Shown here in pieces: positions 13,501 to 24,100 of a stretch of 64,000 bases of DNA. The DNA is from Zootoca vivipara (taxonomy: Eukaryota): NCBI RefSeq assembly GCF_963506605.1, contig NC_083288.1, positions 53,258,001 to 53,322,000 on the forward strand, in the 5' to 3' direction. The notes below the pieces were generated by a model. It saw only the letters and a list, made by a program, of their open reading frames with translations, searched no databases and was not told where the DNA came from. The stretch's first letter is position 1, and each line of letters starts with the position of its first letter. Both the position numbers and the translations under genes were made by a program.

Positions 13501-14029
13501 GGCGGGCGGCGGTGCTCGTCCCCTCCTCAGTGCGGCTGCTGCCCCATCTTCTTCCTCCTCTTCCTCCTCTTCGCTGCTCCTTCCGCCGCTTCCTTCCTCC
13601 CTCGCCTCGCTCTTCCCCCTCACAGACGGACGGACTGACTGACAGGCGCCAGGGAGGGAAAAGCAGCGCCGCACTGCGCAGGCGCGGGGGGCCGAGTGGG
13701 CGGGGGCTGTCCTGCTCCGCGCAGGCGCGCTGAAGGCGGCGCCCCGCGGAAGGCACAGCGCACGCGCGGCGGCGGGGAGAGGCGGCTCCCGCGCAAGCGC
13801 CCGGAGGACACGGAAGAGGGGAGCGTGGGGAGGGCGAAGAGGCTGGGAGCGGCGGAAGTCACGACGCGGAGAGGCCCTTCGCGGCGCAGGCGCAGAGGGT
13901 GTTCCGCCCCGCCTTCATGAGCGTGTGCGGAGGGTAGAGGGTGGCGGAAGGAATGTGGCCAAAAGGACGTGCAAACACGTACGGGAGGCGGGGACTTGCA
14001 CATAGTAGAATACTTTAAAAATTCCTTCA

Positions 14030-14097
14030 GTAGCACCTTAAAGACCAACTAAGTTTTTATTTTGGTATGAGCTTTCGTGTGCATGCACACTTGCTTC
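14030..14097. mobile_element. Short Penelope-like terminal fragment
   Basis: TAGCACCTTAAAGACCAACTAAG...GAGCTTTCGTGTGCATGCACACTT resembles squamate Penelope ends; recalled, not searched. Confidence 0.45.
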
Positions 14098-14935
14098 TGT
14101 AGTATGCTCGATGGATGTGTGGCGGAAGTCGGAGGGTCGACGCTAGTGCTCCGAGGCGCATGCTCCGTGGAGCGGCGCGGAGAGCCGGCTTTTCCCGCCT
14201 TTTTTCTAGCGGCTGTTTTTCGTGAGGTGAAAAAGCCCCACAGATTCGTCGTGTGAAGAAACTCAAGGACAAAACACCTGATGCGCCCAGACATCCCTGT
14301 CGAGATCTATATTTCCACAGAAAACACCTTCTAATGCTATCTAAAACAATTAAAACTGCCACTCTCATTTTAATGCATCAATTGGATTACTTCGTGTAAT
14401 CTTAACCATCCCGCTTCATAGGCGGCTTCTTAGTGCTTCAGAAATAACCACAGCATCATCACAATCAACACGGCCCAAAATAAAGGTTGTATTTATTGTT
14501 ATTTTACTTCATTAAATTAATACGCCGCTTCATTATTACTATTTATTAAATTGGATTGTTTTTTAAAAAACAAAACCAAAAGAGGTTTGCCAAAAGAAGA
14601 CGACAATAAAATCATTAATAAAAGCAAAAATAAAATAAAATAAAACTACAGGTGCCCCAGCATTTTGGATATCTGGCCAGGCTGGTTTAAACTTTAAATA
14701 AAGATGGGCCCCTGTTGCTGCTCTGAGGGAGGCGAAGCAGATTCAGCGCCTGGGACTGGCAGCTATGTTTTAAATATCAGGCCGTTTGTCAATGCTTTTA
14801 AATATAGAGAGCCAAACTAAGACCTGGGAGAGATCAGGGTTCAAGGGGCAACAGGACATTGTGTTGTGTTGCATTGTGTTACAGATCCTCTTCTCAAATG
14901 TAGGCAATGGACACGATCCGGATCATCGGTCTTAG

Positions 14936-15069
14936 AGGGTTGCCATATTTTGAAGAGCAAAGAAGAAGACGCGACGGCAGCCGTTCCAAGCAAATAAATA
15001 CAATTTGTCTCAAATTTCACCCCTGAAAAAGAGGAGCTGTCCTGCGAAAAGAGGACACATGGCCACCCT
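14936..15069. mobile_element. Short hAT-like element
   Basis: Imperfect TIRs AGGGTTGCCAT ... ATGGCCACCCT with AGAGGAC-type subterminal motifs. Confidence 0.55.
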
Positions 15070-15171
15070 GCCACTGGACTATGGGGCGAAGAAACCTTGT
15101 TGTCATAGGAATGGCCAGAGCCATTTCTCCTCCTCCCCCCCCAATAGCCATTTCCTCTCCTCCCCCCCCCC

Positions 15172-16890
15172 ATGGCTCCCATCGCTTATTTTTCTCGAAC
15201 GTTGTCGGCGGCTGAAAGGAACTATGCTCAAATTGACCGGGAGGCTCTGGCGTTGGTCGCAGGAGTAAAAAAGTTTCATGACTATGTTTATGGGCGGCCG
15301 ATTGAGCTTGTGACTGACCACAAGCCATTGCTGGGGTTGTTTGCGCCAGATCGGCAGACACCCCAGATTTTGTCGGCCTGCATGTTGCGGTGGGCTGTGT
15401 TCTTGTCAGCTTACACATATGAACTTGTGCACCGAGCGGGTAAGGCCCTGGGCCATGCAGATGCCCTCAGTCGGTTGCCATTTCCGGAGCCGGCTGAAGA
15501 CCCCTCGCCTGCGTATGGTGTTATGTTATTGGAAGATCTACCACAACCCCCTGTGAGTGTGGTGGATGTGGCTGCATTTTCAGCTAAAGATCGCACTTTG
15601 GTGCGTGTTTTGGACTGGGTGTGGAGGGGGTGGCCAGAGGGCAAAGTCCCAGAGGAATTCCGGCCGTACAAGTCCCGACGAGATGAACTGTCAGCTCATA
15701 AAGGGCGTCTACTGTGGGGAAGCCGGGTTGTGGTCCCCCCCAAGCTGCAACAGCGAGTGTTGGAAGCACTGCATGAGGGTCATCCGGGAATAGTGAGAAT
15801 GAAGGCATTGGCTCGCAGCTACATGTGGTGGCCAAAAATGGATGAGGCCATCGAAGAATGGGTGCGGAAATGTCAGCCATGCCAAGAATCAAGGCCAGCA
15901 ATGCCTCAAGCCCCAGTGCAACCATGGGAAGTTACCAAGGAGCCATGGTCACGGTTACACATAGACTTTGCGGGGCCCTTTCAGGGCCAAACATTCCTGA
16001 TTGTGGTAGATTCACACTCTAAATGGTTGGAGGTCATACCAGTGACCCGCATGACCTCAGGGGTTGTTATACGGAACCTGCGAGCTTTGTTTGTGACCCA
16101 CGGACTGCCCAACACTCTTGTGTCAGATAATGGAGCACAGTTTACATCAACCGAGTTCAAGGATTTTATGGACATTAATGGAATCCGCCATGTTACCTCG
16201 GCCCCATTCCACCCATCTACAAATGGTCAAGCGGAAAGGATGGTGCGCACCACTAAGGACGCACTGCGGCGGATAGTTTACGGTGATTGGCACCAGTGAC
16301 TCTCATCCTTTTTACTATCACAGCATGTAACACCACATTCAACCACTGGGAGGAGCCCAGCAGAGTTATTAATGAGGAGGTGCCTAACAACCCGTTTAGA
16401 TAGACTGCACCCGGATCGTGCGGCGGATCAGCGGCAGTCACAGGAGGCTACCAAGGCACCTCGGATTTTCCAACAGGGGGATCCTGTCTACACTAAGAAC
16501 TATGGGTCCGGCCCTGTGCGGATTCCGGCTACAGTTTCTAGGCCGACCGGTCCTGTATTGTATGAGGTCGAGGTAGAAGGCGCAGGTAGTCTTCGCCATC
16601 ATGTCGACCAACTTCGACAGCAGTGGCCCATCCGGGAGGATGAATCAGCCATAAGGGAAATGGAGCAATTGCCGGAGCAGGTCAGCAGAGAACCCGTAAT
16701 CACCTGTCCCCCTGAGGCAGTTGAAGTCCAAGTGGAAGACAGCAAGGCCAGGCCAGTAGGAGCGGAGAGTGGAACTGAGCCACGGCTTGACATTGAAGAG
16801 ACTCAGGCAGGGGACAGTCCCTAGGAGCCCGAGCTCAGACGGTCCCAGAGGGTGCAAACCCGTCCACAATATTTGGGAGACTTTGACTGT
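15172..16890 (+). pseudogene. Gypsy pol fragment (RNase H + integrase) with two in-frame stops
   Basis: ORFs 15172-16299 and 16372-16824 are in the same frame (offset 1200). The TGA at 16297 is plausibly a CGA>TGA CpG decay (inference). Confidence 0.85.
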
Positions 16891-16998
16891 GGGGTTGTAC
16901 GGGGGGATGGGAATCAGATGTTTCATTGTGTGTGTCACGCTCGATGTTGTTGTTGTTTTTATTCTCAACCGGGGTGTCCTTGGCTAAGAGGGGAGGGG

Positions 16999-17226
16999 TG
17001 TTGTGTATTGAATAGCAGGCACAACACAGGAGCAGAGTAGCCAGGAAGGAGTTAAGGCTAGGAGTGACTGTCTTAGTTAGTTTAATTAGTTTCACCTGGA
17101 GTTTGTAGTCTGGCCCAGTTGGCTACATATATATAGCAGTAGGCTGGGAGTTGGTCTTTGTCTTTTACTTGTCTGCTGTGAATAAAGAGATTGTCACAAC
17201 CCCATTGCCTGGACTTATATGTAACA
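16999..17226 (+). repeat. Gypsy 3' LTR (228 bp)
   Basis: Starts TGTT immediately after the PPT and ends AACA (terminal inverted repeat); TATATATA at 17128-17135; AATAAA at 17181-17186. Confidence 0.85.
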
Positions 17227-18102
17227 ATTTTATTTCGATTTCCAATTTTTTACAAACTGACTTCCAGTTAAACAGTTCCACCTCCACCGTGTTTCCCTTC
17301 AAAGCTTTTTCTACTGTGTTATATGCCAATTTCTCGTCTTTACGGAGCACAAGTTACACCAGATTTGAAACGGCCCAAGATGTCTGCAGCCGTCTGTGAG
17401 ACTCTCTGGATCCCACTGGGAGAAATGGCGACAGAAAGTCTTAGGGCGCTTTCAGGACTAATGGAATCTTTATTATTGCTTTAAAACGGAGACTCTTCTT
17501 AAGGCACCAAGGACGCAGCACTGCTCGTTTCTTGCTGCAACGGAGTCATGTTTTGCACGGTTCCTGCTGTTTCCCGCTGCAGCGGCAGCCGAACCGGTTT
17601 CACACCCAACTTGAGGCGCCGGCTTTAAATGGAAAGTGGTTCCGAAACAAGGGAGGTTGAGAGAAGGGGGGGTCGCTAGGCCTACTCCGCCAAGCTATGG
17701 GGTGCAAAAAAAAATGGTGGGGTGCTCCGTTCCAACCTCCTGGAAGCTTTTGGATATTTGGAAAATGAGACAGGACCTTCCTCACTTAGGAATACAAAAT
17801 TAGTGCCGGTGGAAGAGAAGCATTTGGTGGCTGTAAACCAGGTTGGCGAAAGCCCTTAAACTAATTCATGTCTCCTGGGGGGGGGGTGCAATGGCAGAAG
17901 TTACCCTAGAGGGTGGTGTCCCGTCACCCAGCTCTGGCCAAAGGCAGAAAAGTTGTTCCTTGTCCAGAAAAGCTGGATCTGCAAATGCACCCAAGTCAGT
18001 CTAAGGGGGAGAGAGGTTCACAGGTCGCACACAGAGTGCAAATGCTCTCTTCTCTGTGTGTCTCCTCCTGTTTTTCCCTCGGGGCTCCCCCCTTCTGCTG
18101 TG

Positions 18103-21100
18103 TCAAGTCCACACCTCCACGGGGATCATGCCCTCCTTGCTGTTGAGAGGGGGCAGAAGATACTCCTCGGCCAGGAACTCCAGAGGAAAGTGGACCAGGT
18201 GGCCTTGCACCTTCTGCAGGTGGTCCCGGGCCAGGATGGGGCTCTCAGAGGCCAGGCTCTTCTTGCTGACGTGATCCTGCAGGTCCTTCCGGGACTTCAC
18301 GGCGTCGGTGGGGAGGCAGGAGAAGACCTGGCGGAGAGGAGGAATTGCGGGGGGAAAGAGAACAGAATGCCCAACATTAAGGCGCAGGCCCAAAACACCT
18401 GTTGGAGTCCGGGTGCTGTCCCCAAGGAAGATCCTGGTCCAAGGGAAAGCTATGGGGCAGCAATGGGGAACCTAAAACCCTCCTTCCCAGGAAGATTTTA
18501 AGCAGAGGTCGAGTGGGTGGCTCTCCAGGATGCTTCCGTCGCGATTCCCACATTGCCGGGGGCTGCACTGGATGACCCCTTGGGGGTCCGCTACACACCT
18601 TGTCATAGATGCTGGTGTTGGACGAAGCTGTGGCTTGCCAGACATCCCAGAAGAAGCGATCGCTGAGCGGGTCTTGAATGTCCAGGTCAGAGGCCACCCC
18701 CAAAACGCATCTGCCAGGGGGGTAGGAAAAAGGGGTTTTGCCCAGGTCAGTGACACATGAAACCGCTTCAGCCCTGGGCAGACTATTTGTTCTCCGCTCT
18801 GACTGGCAGCGACACACCAAGGAGGGTTTAATTTAGAGAAGAGGCGACACGGTGGCAGCCGATAAAGAGAGGCAAGGCAGGGAGAAAGGGGAGAGAGGAC
18901 AGTTTTGCTCCCTCTTGTCAAAATAGCAGCAGAAGTTGTGGGCAACAAAAGAGGGTGGACGTTGGGAGATGCAGAAAGATAAAATAAAGTCCTTCTTCAC
19001 GTAGCCCCTCATTGAACTATGGAACTCTCCCCTGCAGGAGGCAGCAAAGGCCACCGACCAGGATGGCTTTCAGAGAAGATTGGGACCCCGAGTTCCTTCC
19101 CACCTGCACTGCTGTCCAGCCAGACTCCCGCAATGGGGTGGGGTGGGGTGTCTCTAGGCCCTGATCCTCGACTCGGTTCCTCCCTTACCCCTAGAAGACA
19201 ACCCTGCTGGCACCCACCTGAAGCAGTCGAGGCGCAGGCTCAGGGCAAACTTCCCCGCCTGGTACTCCTGCCCACCCATGACGGACGGCACCAGATCTGT
19301 GTCCTCGACCAGGACGGCCAGCTCACTGTCCCTCTTCCCCAGAAGACTCCGGTCGTTGATGTTGGCAGAGCCTTGGGGCAGGAGAAAGCAGGGAAGCATT
19401 AAGGGAAGGGGGGCAGCCCGCGCTGGATGCTGCGAGTGACCTCCTGCGGGGAGAGGCGTTCCCAGGGGCCCCCTCCTCACCGATGATGACGCGCCGGTCA
19501 TCCGCAATGAGCATCTTGCTGTGGATGTAGACCAGCTCCGTCAGGAGTTTTCCCTGCAGCTCTCCGTGGGTCCTCAGCCCGCAGAAGGAGATGTAGCTCT
19601 TCCAGTCGTCCCCCACTTTTCGAGGAAAGGGGGGGAGAGGTGGGTGTTAGCGGGACAGCGTTGCGCCTGGCCTGTGGGGGCTTCCCTTTCTGATTTCAGG
19701 GGGGGGGACTCTGGAGCTTGCAAAGAGTGCAGAGACAGGAGCGCTTCAGAGCATGTGTAAAGCGCCTTTCCCCTCGGCACTGTGGAAGCTGATTCGTGAA
19801 TTGCAGGGGGTTGGAATAGATGACCCTCGGGGTGCCACCCAACTCTACGATTCTGTGACTTTGCCCAAATATACCTGGGATTGTAGGAGAGGGATTTTTT
19901 GCTAGGGGCAGCACAGCACAGCCCCACAGCGGAACCACAAGCCCCCTCTGCGTCCCCCTTAGGGGTCCTTCCGACTCTACGGCAGCCTCAGGCGAAGAGT
20001 TTTGAGGTCCCCCAGTGAGTTTGGGGCTGGGAGGGGGGCAGAAGAAAGCTTATCTTGCCACCCCCCTCCCTCACACTTACTGACTGCCTTGAGCCGGCTG
20101 ACGATGGATGCCTCCCCACGGCAGAGTGTCCTGGGAAAGAAGCCGGGGGAATTAGACAGCGGAGTCACTTAGATTGTCCCCCCCCAAATTCACCCCCTTC
20201 CCCACCACCCTGTTGCCCCCCCCCTGCTCCTCAGCTCTAGCTATCAACCCAAAGCACCCTGTTGAGAATGCAGAATGTGGACAGACCCTCCCAGCCTGTC
20301 TTGGGGACCCTCCTTGACACCCTGAGATAGGGTGGGGTGCAGAGCAAGAACCTTGTGAAACAACATCTTTGGGAAAATGGGGAATGCCTGGGGGTGTGTG
20401 GGGGGAAGAATCTACAGTGCAATTGCACCTTACGCAAGGGTTTTAGCATGCAAGCTCTTTTCAAGTGGACCTGGTTTGGGGGGGGGAGTTTTTAAGCTCT
20501 CTCCCTTTCTTGGGGGGCAAGGCCTGCTCAGTGCGCTGGGTCTGGGGAGCTCTGAAAGATCTTGTGGGGACCTGCGATGCTTGCACGAAATCTCATGGAA
20601 ATCTGAGAAGCTGGTGTGAGATCTCACAGGGATCTGGGAAGCTTGCACAAGATCTCAGGGGGGATCTGCTTTGCCTAGAACTGGCACACTGAGCAGGCTG
20701 TGTCTTTAGTTGCCTTCCACACTCACACCCACCCATCCTGCAACTGCTTCCCCCCCCCCCCAGCCCCGTTTTCCAAACTCACTGGTAGGTAAAGTGCAGA
20801 ATGGCCTGGATAGAGTTTCCTCCGCCCTGGGCGATGTCTCCCTCAAAGCCAGGCAGCAGCGGGAGCAGGACAAAGACCCGGAATGGCTTCTTCTCACTGC
20901 AAGTGCGGGGAAAACCTCACCGGGGTTAGTGGCTGTGGCCCCCAGAAGCACTTCCTGGCTCCCAAGTCCCCTGCCTCTGTGATTGCTTGGTTTTTTGTTT
21001 CCCCCCCATTGTTAAAATTGTTCCCCCCCCCCAATACCAAAACCATTATTGCAGAAGTGAATATCAATTAGGGAAAAAGAGGAAGCCAGCAACAACAGTC

Positions 21101-24100
21101 CTTGTACAAAAAACAATAAAACCAGCAATACTTTAAAACACGCAAAGTTCAAGTACTGAATGCTGGTTAAAATTCACAATGGCTTTCTAAGCACCCAGAC
21201 AGGCTTGTTGAAGCAATAATGTTTTTCAGCAGGCGTCAAAAAGTGTACAGCTGAAGGCTGACATCAATCGGCAGGGAGTTCCAGAGTGTAGCGGCTGCCA
21301 CGCTATAAGCACAAATTATACCTGCTCCCACCATGGATTCAGATGACATTGCAGGGGGTTGGATTAGATTACCCTGGGGGTCCCTTCCAACTCTCTACAA
21401 TGGTACCTTGGTTTGCAAACGCCGAAAACCCGGAAGTAAGTGTTTTCGGAGGTTTTTCAGAATCCAAATGCCCAATGTGGCTGTCAGCTATTGTTTCCAG
21501 GGCGCCTGCACCAATCAGAACCTGTGCCTTGATTTTCGAACATTTTGTAAGTCCAACGGACTTCTGGAACGGATTAAGTTTGGCGTTTTTGATTTTGCTA
21601 TTTATTTTGCATTTTTGTTTTTGAGGCTTTTTCAGTTAATTTGTGGAACCCAGTTCAGCTACTGATTGATTGTGTGACTGTGGAAATGGATAAAAGCCAA
21701 ACAATTACTATCATCAGTGCAGGTAAGCAAAAAAATATATTAATTTTATCATCTTCAATGCTGTCTTATTTATTTTATAGTACAGTGCATTGATTATTGC
21801 TTTCATTTTATGGATAAATGGTCTTGTTAGATAGTAAAATTCATATTAAATTGCTGTTTTAGGGGTTGTTTTTAAAAGTCTGGAACGGATTAATCTGTTT
21901 TGCATTGCTTCCTATGGGAAAGCGGGCCTTTGTTTTGGAACAGACTTCCAGAACGGATTAAGTTTGAGAACCAAGGTACCACTGTAATCAAAACAAAGGA
22001 CTCCAATAATCAGATCCACATTCCATTTTTCTTAATTAATTTAACCCTTCTTCAGCTGATCCTATTTTCACTTTTTTTTTTCTTTAAAAGTGAAACGATT
22101 TTATAGCTAGTGGGAACCGATCTATCAGATCTCTAGCCATATATAAAAGGAATAATCAATGCACACTTTTTTGCCAGGCCGGCATTGGTGTTTTGATTTT
22201 ATGGGAGCGCCTCCGAGCCGAGTTAAGGAAGGCGGCAACTTGAACCTGGAGGCCTGGAGTGTGCAGTGCAGCCCTGGAAAGGGAAGCAGTTTGCCCCACT
22301 GAGCATGCGCAGAGTGCTTACCCCGCCCCCTGCTAATGAACCATTGCAGCCAATCTCAATTTGGGCCCAAACAGTGGCTGACGGGACAGACCTGTGGGCA
22401 AGCAGCACTCGGTCAACAATGGCATCTCCCACGGTGTTGATCACCGAACGCCCGTCTGCGCAGCTTATGAAGAACTGGTTCTGGGACAGGAAGAAAAGAG
22501 GGTGCATGGGTGAGGGAGGAGAGAGAGGGGGGGGGGTATGTGCTGCAAAAGAAATCAATAGACACCCCCTGCCTTTTCCTCCCCAAACCAGGGCTCCCCT
22601 TAAGCTGCCTGGGGACATGTGTTGCATTTAAAAAAAAGCAGCACTCTGCCCTTCCTCAGAGACCCTCTTGCCCATCGTTCTTCACTTTTTGTGATTAATC
22701 ATCTGCCACCTTAAAAGCAGTTCAAAGTGAAGAGAGTTCCTGGCTTGCATATAGAACAAATAAGACAAAGCGATATGGTATTGAGAAGCTTCCCAAGCAG
22801 CTGTTTTAAAAACAGCTTCCTAGCCCTTACATCTGTAAATCCTGGTTGACAGTTTGTAAGCAATGCTTGCTGAACGTTTAGAAGCTTCTGGAGAAGCAGC
22901 TGAGCAGAATTTCTGGGAGCTAAAAGCAGGACTTCCTTCACCCTGCCAAAGCTCCTTACCCAACAAATTAAGTTACCAGTATACAAAACAGCCCACATTG
23001 TGCAAAATATGTGAAAATTAGCAAATCCGCACAATTTGGATTTGTCAGAGAATTCTACTTTTCTTGGCTTCCCACTATTTAGCGGGAAGAAATTCCAATG
23101 AAAATCCTCGTTATTACATATTTTTTGCATGGCTGTTTATTTGTATATATTTTAAAATATTATATATGGGTGTTTTATGATGGCCTATATTTGTAATGCC
23201 TGATAAAGGCTTGGCGAAGTAAAATAAAATAAAATAAAATAAAAGCAGCTCAAAGCGACTCGCAATCATGACAGAGTCTTCTACTGCCCCACCCACAAAT
23301 TTGACTTCGCTCCCCGACTCCCATTTTCCCCATCCTTCTCCTTTGGGAAGAGGAAGAGTGTCCCAAACAGACTCAGGGTCTCAGTCTCACCCCCACCCTA
23401 CCCCATGCAGCTTCTCCCCCCTTCCCCTCACCTGTCCCAAGACCTACCTCAATGTACAGGTAATGCTGGCTCTCCTTGATGACGCTCAGGTAGGCGTTGT
23501 AGATCGAGTGTTCGTGGAGGCCGGCCGACCAGCGGTCCACAGAGCGCAATACCTGCAAGAAACGGAGGGAGGCAAAAAAAGCTGCTTTCGTTCAGCTTTG
23601 GTTCCTACAGCCACAGAACGACAGCCCTGCGAGGCGGGGCAGGCCAAGCTGGAGAAGGTGCAAGAAAGAGCCCGGCTGGTCTGGGGCTTCTCCTTGCGAC
23701 CCTCCCTGTCTGCCCTCACCTTCCCACGCACCCCTCACAATTCCCAGACATTCTGTGTCTGAAAACCAAAAACAGGTATTGCCGGGGTTGGACTAAATGA
23801 CCCTGGGACCCCTTCCAACTCTACGAAAAACCAAGCTCAACAAAATCCTAGAGGGCTTTGAGAATATCTTGCTGGATCAGGCCCGTCTGGTCTAGAATCC
23901 TGTCCCTGCGGTTGCCAACCAGGTGCCCATGATGGGAAGTCTGCTAGCAGGATCAGAGTGCCACCCAGCCTCTCACCTGAACGTTGGTGGTCTGTGCCCC
24001 CAGCACAACGAACGGGACCTGCAGGGGTGTCGCTCGAGGGGACTTGGGGAGCAGGTAGGGGTAGTCTTGCCCTTTGTATTTGGGCTTCATGGTCTGGGGG

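Larger units (their letters stand above)
12880..14230 (-). promoter_or_regulatory. CpG island / MINK1 promoter and 5' UTR
   Basis: Dense CpG around exon 1. NRF1-type GCGCAGGCGC at about 13676, 13718 and 13884; ETS-type CGGAAG(T) at about 13853, 13945 and 14123; GC boxes. Confidence 0.8.
15170..17226 (+). mobile_element. 5'-truncated Ty3/Gypsy LTR retrotransposon: RNase H - integrase remnant, polypurine tract and 3' LTR
   Basis: ORF 15172-16299 has RNase H (AERNYAQIDREALA, TDHKPL, ADALSR), an HHCC zinc finger (LHEGH...CQPC) and a DDE core (HIDFAG, VSDNG, GQAERMV). The same frame continues past TGA 16297 (TPHSTTGRSPAELL) and TAG 16822 (ELRRSQR). PPT AAGAGGGGAGGGG at 16986-16998 directly precedes the LTR. 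No gag, protease, RT or 5' LTR. Confidence 0.93.

Noticed and set aside
12875-13756. 293-aa ORF over the MINK1 CpG island
   Set aside because: Low-complexity G/R/P product typical of stop-poor GC-rich DNA. The real exon is the 57-nt segment in another frame.
17165-17350. 61-aa minus-strand ORF (…YNTVEKALKGNTVEVELFNW…)
   Set aside because: Straddles the LTR boundary, has no recognisable motif or splice context, and more likely lies in the PLD2 3' UTR or flank.
22711-23130. 139-aa ORF in an AT-rich intronic block
   Set aside because: No recognisable homology and no compatible splice sites.
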